A stretch of DNA of 64,000 bases. Source: an uncultured Solirubrobacterales bacterium. Lineage in GTDB: Bacteria > Actinomycetota > Thermoleophilia > Solirubrobacterales > Solirubrobacteraceae. The translations under genes were made by a program, and so were the position numbers. The DNA is taken from NCBI GenBank assembly GCA_963697945.1, contig OY969105.1, positions 3,035,269-3,099,268 on the forward strand. Direction: 5' to 3'. Position 1 is the first letter of the stretch; every line of letters starts with the position of its first letter. Of the stretch, positions 1 to 7,935 are shown one piece after another. The notes below the pieces were generated by a model that saw only the letters and a list, made by a program, of their open reading frames with translations, did not search any database and was not told the origin of the DNA.

Positions 1-186
1 GCCGACGCCCTGTTGACGGGCGAGCCGGCCGAGCGCGCGATGGCGCTGGCGCGCGAGCTGGACGTGCGGCTGATCGCCGCCGGGCACTATGCGACCGAGA
101 CGTTCGGCGTGCGCGCTCTGGGCGAGCATCTCGCCGAGCGCTTCGGCCTGCGGCACGTGTTCCTGGACGTGCCCAACCCGGTGTAG
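1..186 (+). CDS. Nif3/YbgI-like dinuclear metal-centre protein, C-terminal fragment (5' end outside window)
   Basis: Frame 1 reads [44 protein letters not shown]...DVPNPV*; the TGE and AGHYATE motifs are typical of NIF3 family C-termini. Confidence 0.85.
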   Translation, partial: ADALLTGEPAERAMALARELDVRLIAAGHYATETFGVRALGEHLAERFGLRHVFLDVPNPV

Positions 187-226
187 ATGGGAACGAATAA
201 GACCTGCGGATTGCGGGAAAGCTCTA

Positions 227-255
227 TTGCAAACGTCCGCTTCCAGCGCTAATTT
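227..255 (+). promoter_or_regulatory. Putative sigma-70 promoter
   Basis: TTGCAA-17 bp-TAATTT upstream of the small ORF at 306. Confidence 0.5.
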
Positions 256-305
256 GGGGTGTGCAGCCGGACATATGTGTATCTCGGACAGGAGGAGATC
301 TCCCG

Positions 306-488
306 ATGGCCAACCACCTGACGCCCACCGAGCTTGCCCGCGAAGCCGGATTGGGGCGCCGAGAAGTTCTGTCGAAGTGCCTCGAAAACGGTGTGCCGAT
401 CTTCAAGGGGCGGATCGACAAGAGCCTGTTCCTCGCCTCGATGCGCCAGGGTCGCTCCCAGCGGCGTCCTGCCGCGTTGAAGACCTAA
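306..488 (+). CDS. Small (60 aa) putative HTH DNA-binding protein
   Basis: GGAGGAG RBS before ATG at 306; MANHLTPTELAREAGLGRREVLSKCLENGVP has an HTH-like pattern. Confidence 0.6.
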   Translation: MANHLTPTELAREAGLGRREVLSKCLENGVPIFKGRIDKSLFLASMRQGRSQRRPAALKT

Positions 489-584
489 GCTCACCGCCCT
501 TCCAGGGCGAGCGCGAACCCCCTAAGATCTGATGGTCGCGCCCGTGCGACACGCAAGCGTCGATCGAAGAGGGAGAGAGCAGTC

Positions 585-2402
585 ATGGAGGCTACCGCCG
601 CGCCATCGGCAACTGCAGCGCAGACGATCGCCGACCTGATCCCGAACGCGGCCGAGCGCTATCCCGATCGCACTGCGATCCGTTACAAGCAAGAGGGCGA
701 GTGGCGAGACGTGACGTTCGCCGAGCTCGACAAGATCGTCGGCGAGGTGGCGCTCGGACTGATCGACCTCGGCATCGAGGCGGGCGAGCGCGTGTGCATC
801 CTCGCGAACACCCGTCCCGAGTGGTCCTACGCCGACCTGGCCGCGACGTCGGTGGGCGCGGTGGTCGTGCCGATCTACCAGACGAACTCGCCCGAGGAGT
901 GTCACTGGGTGATCTCCGATTCGGACGCCTGCGCGATCGTCTGCGAGGACGCCTCGCAATTGGCGAAGATCGCTGAGATCCGCGACAAGCTGCCGCACCT
1001 GCGCACGGTCGTCACGATCGACGTGCCCTCCCAGCAGGAGCTGACGCCCGAGATCGCGGCGCTGGAGGCGGTCCCGCTGGAGGAGGTGCGCACGCGCGGA
1101 CGGTCGCGCTCGCTGGAGGAGCTTGAGGCCCGCCGCATGGGGGTGCGCCCGGAGGACATCTTCACGTTCATCTACACCTCCGGCACGACCGGCCCGCCGA
1201 AGGGGTGCGTACTCACGCACGGCAACTATCGCGCGATCGTCGACATGGTCGAGTCGCGCGCGAGCCTTGCGAGCGATGCGGGCGATGTCGTCTACCTGTA
1301 TCTGCCGCTCGCGCACTCGTTCGCGCTGCTGTTGCAGCTGCTCGTGTTCGATTTGGGCGTCACGCTGGCATATTTCGGCGGGGACACCAAACAGATCATC
1401 GGTGAGCTCGCCGAGGTCAAGCCCACGTATTTGCCGTCGGTGCCGCGGATCTTCGAGAAGATCTACACGCTCGTCAGCGCGAACGCCGACCCCGAGGAGC
1501 TCGCGGGGGCGGTGCGCGTGGGGATGCAGGTGCGCGAACACCAGCTCGCCGGGCGGCCGATCCCGGACGAGCTGCAAGCCCCGTTCGAAGAGGCCGAGGA
1601 GCGCCTGTTCAAAAACGTGCGCGCGGCCTTCGGCGGGCGTGTGCGCGAGGCCGTCAGCGGCGCGGCCCCGATCGCGAAGGAGATCCTCGAATTCTTCTAC
1701 GCCTGTGGCGTGCCCGTGATGGAGGGCTATGGCATGACCGAGACCGCGACCGCCGCGACCGCGTGCAGCCCCGAGAACCATCGCTTCGGCAGCGTCGGCA
1801 AGCCCTTCCCGGGCGTCGAAGTGAAGATCGCCGACGACGGCGAGCTGTTGATCAAAGGCCCGAACATCTTCCAGGGCTACCACAACCGCGCCGAAGAGAC
1901 GTTCGGGGCGATCGAGGACGGGTGGCTGCACACGGGCGACCTCGGGCGCGTAGATGAGGACGGGTTCGTCTACATCGTCGGGCGCAAGAAGGACATCATC
2001 ATCACCGCCGGCGGCAAGAACCTCACCCCGGCGAACATCGAGAACGACCTCAAGCAGTGCCGCTGGATCTCCCAGGCGGTCATGCACGGCGATCAGCGCC
2101 CATACCCGGTGGCGCTGGTGACGCTCGACGAGGAAGAGATGGCCGGCTATGCCGCAGAGCACGGGTTGCCGAGCGACATGCCTTCGCTCGCGCGCGAGCC
2201 CGCGGTGCTGGCGCTCGTGCAGGAGGCGCTGGACAGGGCCAACGCGAAATACGCGCAGGTGGAGCAGGTGAAGAAGTTTGCGATCCTCGACCACGACCTC
2301 TCGCAGGAGACGGGCGAGCTGACGCCGACGCTGAAGGTTAAGCGCAATGTGGTCAACGACATGTATTCAGACGTGCTCGACCGGCTGTACGCGGCGGACT
2401 GA
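585..2402 (+). CDS. Long-chain fatty acid-CoA ligase (AMP-dependent synthetase)
   Basis: AMP-binding motifs FIYTSGTTGPPKG, EGYGMTE, GWLHTGDLG; C-terminal TPTLKVKR. Confidence 0.92.
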   Translation: MEATAAPSATAAQTIADLIPNAAERYPDRTAIRYKQEGEWRDVTFAELDKIVGEVALGLIDLGIEAGERVCILANTRPEWSYADLAATSVGAVVVPIYQTNSPEECHWVISDSDACAIVCEDASQLAKIAEIRDKLPHLRTVVTIDVPSQQELTPEIAALEAVPLEEVRTRGRSRSLEELEARRMGVRPEDIFTFIYTSGTTGPPKGCVLTHGNYRAIVDMVESRASLASDAGDVVYLYLPLAHSFALLLQLLVFDLGVTLAYFGGDTKQIIGELAEVKPTYLPSVPRIFEKIYTLVSANADPEELAGAVRVGMQVREHQLAGRPIPDELQAPFEEAEERLFKNVRAAFGGRVREAVSGAAPIAKEILEFFYACGVPVMEGYGMTETATAATACSPENHRFGSVGKPFPGVEVKIADDGELLIKGPNIFQGYHNRAEETFGAIEDGWLHTGDLGRVDEDGFVYIVGRKKDIIITAGGKNLTPANIENDLKQCRWISQAVMHGDQRPYPVALVTLDEEEMAGYAAEHGLPSDMPSLAREPAVLALVQEALDRANAKYAQVEQVKKFAILDHDLSQETGELTPTLKVKRNVVNDMYSDVLDRLYAAD

Positions 2403-2542
2403 CTGAGCGCAAACGATGACCGACCGTCCCCCGCGGGCGCACCGACGGCGCTCCGTCCCACGCTCGCGCGCCCGAGCGTGGGCGAGGAGCTGGACGGATG
2501 ATCGCGGGCGCCAACCCGAGCACCTGCGAACATAAGGGGCAG

Positions 2543-3022
2543 ATGCGCACCGACCCCTCCGATAACGGCGGCCTGTTCGTCGGTCGCCGGCCCGGCACCG
2601 CGCCGGTCCACTTCCGCTCGCTACCCGAGCGCGGCAGCGATCTGCGCCGACGCTTCGACGGTTCGCTGGCTGGTTTGCTGCTCGCGGGGATGACCGTGCT
2701 GAGCCTGCTCTGCTGGGGTCCGATCCCGGTCGCCTGTCTGTGGATCGCCGCACAGGTCAACTACCTGTCGGGCAGCGTGACGTTTGGCATATTCGTGGCT
2801 TTCGTAGGGCTGTTCGTGCTGCTGTTCGGCGCCCTGGCGATCCTGCGGCGCATGGACCAGGCCTGGATCCTCGTGCGCCGCGCCGCCGGGCACGACCAGC
2901 GCACGGGGGCGCTCGGGCGCGTGTTCGCGACCACGGCCGTGATCTGCGCCAGCGTGTTCGTGTTCTGGTTCGTCATCATCCACGGTCCGGGCTCGAGCAC
3001 GATGCCCGGAAACAAGCCGTGA
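2543..3022 (+). CDS. Hypothetical membrane protein (about 3 TM segments)
   Basis: AAGGGG RBS before ATG 2543; three hydrophobic stretches; co-oriented with neighbours. Confidence 0.6.
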   Translation: MRTDPSDNGGLFVGRRPGTAPVHFRSLPERGSDLRRRFDGSLAGLLLAGMTVLSLLCWGPIPVACLWIAAQVNYLSGSVTFGIFVAFVGLFVLLFGALAILRRMDQAWILVRRAAGHDQRTGALGRVFATTAVICASVFVFWFVIIHGPGSSTMPGNKP

Positions 3023-3081
3023 CAGTGCCGGCGATCGTCGGTGTCGCCGCGCACCGCCTTTCCGCGGATACGTAGATCGTC

Positions 3082-4185
3082 ATGAGCCTGCTCGACTATT
3101 ACCGCCAGTTCGAAGGGATGTCCGAGGAGGAGGTCAACGCGGAGCTACGCGAGGGGGCGGACGAGCGCAAACGCAAAGCGCTCATGCGCGTCGAGACGCT
3201 CGACCTCTCCCAAACGACGTGGCCCGAGCTGCCCCATCCGAGCATCGTCAGCGCGATCACGTTCGTGGCGCGCCGCGGCATGCAGCGCTACCCGCACCTG
3301 CGTGGCTCCCAGCTGCACGACGAGCTCGCCGAGCGCCACGGCGTGGACTCCGCCAGAGTGATCCTCGGCAACGGCGCCGCCGAGCTGCTGAGCTCCGCGA
3401 CACGCGCGCTGCTGGAGCCCGGACAGCGACTGCTGAGCGCGTGGCCTTCCTATCCCCTGTTTCCGATCATGGCCCGCCGCGCCCACGGGCAGGCGGTGCG
3501 TGTGTCCGGTGGCGTCGATGCCCTGCTGGAGGAGGCCCATCGCACGCCCGGCACGCGCGTGATCGCGATCGCCAGCCCGAACGACCCCACCGGCGAGCTG
3601 CTACCCAGGGCCGAACTCGAACGCCTCCTGGCGGGGCTCCCCGACGACGTGGCGGTGCTGCTGGACGAGTCGCTCGTGGAGTTCTCCGACGCCCAACCGG
3701 TCAACTCCTCGCTGCAGCTCGCGGCCGAGCATTCGCGGCTGTTCGTCGTGCGCAGCTTCTCCAAGGCCTGGGGCCTGGCGGGGCTGCGTGTGGGTTATGC
3801 GATCGGCGGGCCCGGATCGGAGGAGCTACTGGCGGAGCTGGCGCCCGACCTGGGCGTCTCGGAGGTCTCCCAGGCGGGCGCACTGGAAGCGCTTCGCGCG
3901 TGCTCGGAGATCGTCGACCGGCGCGTGAGCGCGATCGCGCGCGAGCGCACGGTCGTGACCGACGGCCTGCGTGAGCGCGGATTCGACGTTGCCGACAGCC
4001 AGGCGAACTTCGTCTGGGCGGCCCATCCGAGCGTCGATGGCGGCGAGCTCTCCGCACGGTTGTCCCGCGCCGGGATCCTCGTCGCCGGGGGCGCCGCCCT
4101 GGGCGAGCCCCGGCACGTGCGCATCGCGTTGCGCGACTCGCGCGCGAGCGAGCGTTTGCTTGAGGCGATCGACAAGTCGCTGTAG
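3082..4185 (+). CDS. PLP-dependent class I/II aminotransferase, histidinol-phosphate aminotransferase-like
   Basis: ILGNGAAELL, SPNDPTG, LLDE, PLP-lysine motif RSFSKAWGLAGLRVGY, SQANF. Confidence 0.88.
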   Translation: MSLLDYYRQFEGMSEEEVNAELREGADERKRKALMRVETLDLSQTTWPELPHPSIVSAITFVARRGMQRYPHLRGSQLHDELAERHGVDSARVILGNGAAELLSSATRALLEPGQRLLSAWPSYPLFPIMARRAHGQAVRVSGGVDALLEEAHRTPGTRVIAIASPNDPTGELLPRAELERLLAGLPDDVAVLLDESLVEFSDAQPVNSSLQLAAEHSRLFVVRSFSKAWGLAGLRVGYAIGGPGSEELLAELAPDLGVSEVSQAGALEALRACSEIVDRRVSAIARERTVVTDGLRERGFDVADSQANFVWAAHPSVDGGELSARLSRAGILVAGGAALGEPRHVRIALRDSRASERLLEAIDKSL

Positions 4186-4191
4186 GGCGTT

Positions 4192-4336
4192 CTGAGCGGT
4201 GCATGCACCGCTCAGCGGAGTCGTACATGTACGACTCCGTGACGAGCCGCATGCGGCTCGTCATCCGATGGGCGCATGCGCCCATCGGCGGGACCGCACA
4301 TGTGCGGTCCCGGGCAGGGCCGCATGCGGCCCTGCC
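4192..4336. repeat. Array 1 of six tandem 24-bp perfect palindromes centred on CATG
   Basis: Units 4192-4215, 4216-4239, 4240-4263, 4265-4288, 4289-4312, 4313-4336; each is a 10-bp arm + CATG + the exact reverse complement, checked base by base. Confidence 0.97.
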
Positions 4337-4344
4337 GTCCTTCC

Positions 4345-5670
4345 CTAGCCCGCGAGTCCCGACTGGCGCAGCAGCGCTCCGGTGGTGCCCTCGAGGATCT
4401 TCCGCCAGGCGCTCGCCTGCTCGGGCTCGACCTCGTCGAAGTGTTCCACGACCGCGCGCAGGCGCTCACCGGAGATGTTCAGCCCGTGGCGCTCGGCGAC
4501 CTCGCGGTAGTGCTCGTATTCGCCCGCCAGGTGCCGCGTGACCGACTGAAACCCGTGCTTGCCAATCTCAACGCGCGAGGCGAAGCTCATGATGGACGTC
4601 TGGAACATCAGCTTGTCAGCGGGCTCGGGCTCGATCAGGATGATGTCCACACCCGGATAGCGCTCGCCCCAGCGCTCGGCCAGCTCGTGCAGGCGCTGGT
4701 GGGCGAGCAGCTTGAACGCCTGATAGCCGATCTGCGGAAAGCCCATGTCCGAGACGCGCTTCGCGCGCACCCCGCCGAGCGTGCGGACGGTCTCCGAGAA
4801 GTCGTTCACGAACGGCACGATCGGGTTGATCACGACCACGAGCTTGGCCCCGGCTTCGACGGCGATGTCGAGGTTCGTGGTCGATACGAGCCCGCCGTCG
4901 ACCAGCTCGCGCTCGCCGACCGTCACCGGTGCGTACACCATCGGCAGCGCCCCCGAAGCTCGCACGGCAGTGGAGATCGGCACGCCCTGTAAACCGTTGT
5001 CGCGCCCGAACACCACCCGCTCGCACGTATCCAGATCGGTCGCCGTCAGGTACAGCTCGTGGCGTAGTTGGGTGAAGTCGTCGGTGCGCCCCGGCTCGCT
5101 CAGCACCTTGCGCAGGTACTCCTCGATTCCCTCGCCCGTGTACGCGCCCGAGGGCAGGCCCTCGGCGAAGCCCAACAGCACGTCCATCACCGACACCTGC
5201 CCGCGCTGGCGCACCACGTCGCGTGCCAACCCGAGCGCGCGCCACGGCAGCATCGCGCCCTTGCGCACGAGCTCGGTCAGGTTGGGGCGCAGCAGATCGC
5301 CGAGATCGATGTCCTCGAACGGCGATGGCGCCTGGTGGGTGACGACCTGCATCATCTCCTCGGGCGTCACCCCGTTCGCGCACAGCGCCGCGATGAACGA
5401 GCCGGCGGAGGTGCCGACGTAGATGTCGAACTGGTTCACCGTGCTGTTCGTCGCCAACAGGTCGAGCGCGCGCAGCGCACCGATCTCATAGACGCCACCG
5501 GTGAACCCTCCACCGCCGAGCACCAGCGCGGTCTTGTCGCTGCGCCGGCGCCGGCGTCGCCTGGTGGTGCTCGCCCCGATCGCCGCCCGGGCCGAGGATC
5601 GCGCGCGTGGACTGCTCGCGGAGCCGTTCGACCGCCCTGTTGCCGGTTCCAGCTTGACAACGCGTCCCAT
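4345..5670 (-). CDS. Patatin-like phospholipase
   Basis: LVLGGGGFTGG, GTSAG nucleophile elbow and DGG motif; start placed at ATG 5670 (MGRVVKLEP). Confidence 0.9.
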   Translation of the reverse strand: MGRVVKLEPATGRSNGSASSPRARSSARAAIGASTTRRRRRRRSDKTALVLGGGGFTGGVYEIGALRALDLLATNSTVNQFDIYVGTSAGSFIAALCANGVTPEEMMQVVTHQAPSPFEDIDLGDLLRPNLTELVRKGAMLPWRALGLARDVVRQRGQVSVMDVLLGFAEGLPSGAYTGEGIEEYLRKVLSEPGRTDDFTQLRHELYLTATDLDTCERVVFGRDNGLQGVPISTAVRASGALPMVYAPVTVGERELVDGGLVSTTNLDIAVEAGAKLVVVINPIVPFVNDFSETVRTLGGVRAKRVSDMGFPQIGYQAFKLLAHQRLHELAERWGERYPGVDIILIEPEPADKLMFQTSIMSFASRVEIGKHGFQSVTRHLAGEYEHYREVAERHGLNISGERLRAVVEHFDEVEPEQASAWRKILEGTTGALLRQSGLAG

Positions 5671-5694
5671 ACCACCCACCATCATATTCCCCGC

Positions 5695-6960
5695 GTGACT
5701 CGGAACCGGATTGCCCACACCCTGATCCTGCTCTGCGGGGCGCTCTCGACCCTCTGCGGCCTGCCCGCCGTGGCCGGTGCGGCGACGGTCAGCCTCGCCG
5801 GGTTGCAGGCCGATCTGACCCACCAGCTGGCCCTCGCCGGGCCCGCGGATGGGGCCTACGTGTATGACGTGAGCGCCCACCAGGCCCTCTTCTCCGAGCG
5901 CGCGACCACGCTACGCCCGCCCGCGTCGGTACAGAAGCTCTACACCGCCACGGCCCTGCTCGCGCGCATGGGGACGACCGGCCGGTTGAGTACGACCGTC
6001 TACGGAGTCGGGCGGCTCGCGCCTGGCGGGGTGTGGGAAGGCGACCTGTATCTGCGCGGCGGCGGCGACCCTACGTTCGGCTCCAGCGCGTTCATCCGCG
6101 CTCACTACGGCGGCATCGGCGCCTCTGTCTCGACGCTCGCCACACAGCTGGTCCACAGCGCGGGGATCCATCGCATCACCGGCCGAGTAGTGGGAGACGA
6201 GTCGTGGTTTGACTCGCTGCGCGGTGAGCCCTCAAGCAACTATGCGCCCGACCCGTTTCTCGAAGGCACGCTCTCGGGCTTGGCCTTCAATCGCGGCGCG
6301 AGCGGCTCCGAACGCGGCGCACACGCTCCCGCGGCGTTTGCGGCACGTGAGCTGTGGGCGAACTTGAAGAACGACGGCGTCGCGATCGCCGGTCACAGCG
6401 GCGCCGCGAGCATGCCTCCGGGGGCCACTCAGCTCGCGCGCGTCCAGTCGCCCACCGCCACCCAGCTGCTGGGCCTGACGCTGCCACCGTCGGACAATTT
6501 TTTCGCCGAGACGCTCGTCAAGGACCTCGGCGCGATGTACGCCGGCGCCGGCACCACCGCGGCCGGCGCGTCGGTCGTACGTCAGACGATCGCCTCGCTG
6601 CTCGGCATCCACCCGCACGTCGTGGACGGCTCGGGTCTCTCGGAATCCGATCTGACCTCGCCGTATGAGGTCACCGACCTGCTCGTCGAGCTGGCCTCGA
6701 CGCCGATCGGTCCGGTGTTGCGCGGCGATCTGGCGATCGCAGGACATACCGGGACGCTGGCCACGCGCATGCGCCATACCGGCGCCTCGGGGCGCTGTCA
6801 GGGCAAGACCGGCACGCTCACGGGCGTCTCCAACCTCGCCGGCTACTGCACCGCCGCAAACGGCCACACGCTTGCGTTCGCGCTCTTCACCGACGGGATC
6901 GCCACGGAAGCCGCGCACGTCTTCCAGGATCACATGGCGATCACGATCGCCGGTTACTAG
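5695..6960 (+). CDS. dacB: D-alanyl-D-alanine carboxypeptidase/endopeptidase (PBP4, peptidase S13)
   Basis: Signal peptide from GTG 5695; SxxK (PASVQKL), GDLYLRGGGDP, SDN, DGSGLS and KTG motifs. Confidence 0.9.
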   Translation: MTRNRIAHTLILLCGALSTLCGLPAVAGAATVSLAGLQADLTHQLALAGPADGAYVYDVSAHQALFSERATTLRPPASVQKLYTATALLARMGTTGRLSTTVYGVGRLAPGGVWEGDLYLRGGGDPTFGSSAFIRAHYGGIGASVSTLATQLVHSAGIHRITGRVVGDESWFDSLRGEPSSNYAPDPFLEGTLSGLAFNRGASGSERGAHAPAAFAARELWANLKNDGVAIAGHSGAASMPPGATQLARVQSPTATQLLGLTLPPSDNFFAETLVKDLGAMYAGAGTTAAGASVVRQTIASLLGIHPHVVDGSGLSESDLTSPYEVTDLLVELASTPIGPVLRGDLAIAGHTGTLATRMRHTGASGRCQGKTGTLTGVSNLAGYCTAANGHTLAFALFTDGIATEAAHVFQDHMAITIAGY

Positions 6961-7935
6961 AGGCTTGATGCGGGTTTATCGTCCGTCGTAGGCGGCGAGT
7001 GCTCGGGGTGGACGTCCGGCGAGGATGTTGATGTGCATTGCGAGGGTGAGGGCGAGGAGGCGTTGCGCGATGCGTTGTACGAGCCCTCCGAGTGTCTTGG
7101 CGAGGTGGTCTTCTAGGCGCATTTGGCGCTTGAGGTTGGAGAACACGCTCTCGATGACCAGGCGTACGCGTGCCTTGACGATCTCGCTGGCGGGGCGTGG
7201 ACCAGGACGGTGGCGCTCGGGCGTGATGAGTTGGACATTGATGAGTTCCATGCAATCTCGGTACTCCTTCCCCCAAAAGCCCTTATCGGCAAAGAGTGTG
7301 CTGCCGGAATGCGCGGCCGCCAACTCCAACGCACGTTCACGCTCTTGCCCGGTCTTGGGACCTGTGAGGTCATAACCGACGGGAACACCCTTTGCGTCGC
7401 TGATGAGCACAAGGCGCATTCCCCACACGAACAGGCTCTTGGATGGGCAGTAGCCGTAACTGGCATGCCCGGCGAACTCGCTGAACGATGCGCAGCCTGG
7501 ATAGTTGGCGCACGCGATCAGCGTTCCGTCGACCAGTCGCACCTGTCCATCGGCGATCAACTCGGCGACCATCATCTGCACCGTTGTGATCTGAGGTGTG
7601 AGCCGTCTAAGCCTGCGGTTGTACTGCGACTGGCCAGGTAACTCGGGGAAGAACCCGGGCAGCAACCGGCCGATCACACCCAAAAACTGGCGGTCTGAAC
7701 AGATCCCCGTCACCGCCTGGGCGACCCCCACCGCGATCAGCTCCTGATCTGTGACCTTGCCAGGTGGGCCCGGGCGAGGAATCGACAACGAGCAGGCGAA
7801 TACGTAGGCTGCAACAACGAGGGTCTCCAGCGAAGCGTCCATCTCGTGCTCCAATCACGAGTTGACAAGGGCTGGGGACCCTCTTCTCATCCCACCACCA
7901 CGATTCCTGCCCACCACCCAACCCGCATCAAGCCT
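6961..7935 (-). mobile_element. IS982-family insertion sequence, copy 1 (975 bp)
   Basis: Perfect 16-bp terminal IR AGGCTTGATGCGGGTT/AACCCGCATCAAGCCT; CTAG repeated on both flanks (6957-6960, 7936-7939); second copy at 52351-53325. Confidence 0.92.
6976..7842 (-). CDS. IS982-family DDE transposase
   Basis: KVTDQEL..FPELPGQSQYNRRLRRL N-terminus; DDE triad in VDGT, ADKGF, IESVFSNLK; GGAG RBS before ATG 7842. Confidence 0.88.
   Translation of the reverse strand: MDASLETLVVAAYVFACSLSIPRPGPPGKVTDQELIAVGVAQAVTGICSDRQFLGVIGRLLPGFFPELPGQSQYNRRLRRLTPQITTVQMMVAELIADGQVRLVDGTLIACANYPGCASFSEFAGHASYGYCPSKSLFVWGMRLVLISDAKGVPVGYDLTGPKTGQERERALELAAAHSGSTLFADKGFWGKEYRDCMELINVQLITPERHRPGPRPASEIVKARVRLVIESVFSNLKRQMRLEDHLAKTLGGLVQRIAQRLLALTLAMHINILAGRPPRALAAYDGR

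Noticed and set aside
522-2294. Long antisense and alternate-frame ORFs (also 8626-9936, 38653-40419, 40981-42351, 43533-45395 and many others)
   Set aside because: They shadow well-supported genes, have no family motifs, and are expected in high-GC DNA where stop codons are scarce
4192-4336. Palindrome arrays as CRISPR arrays
   Set aside because: No constant repeat alternating with unique spacers, and no cas genes in the window
7862-7890. TTGACA near the IS right end as an outward-facing promoter
   Set aside because: The hexamer at the expected -10 position (TCTCAT) is a poor match, so there is too little support
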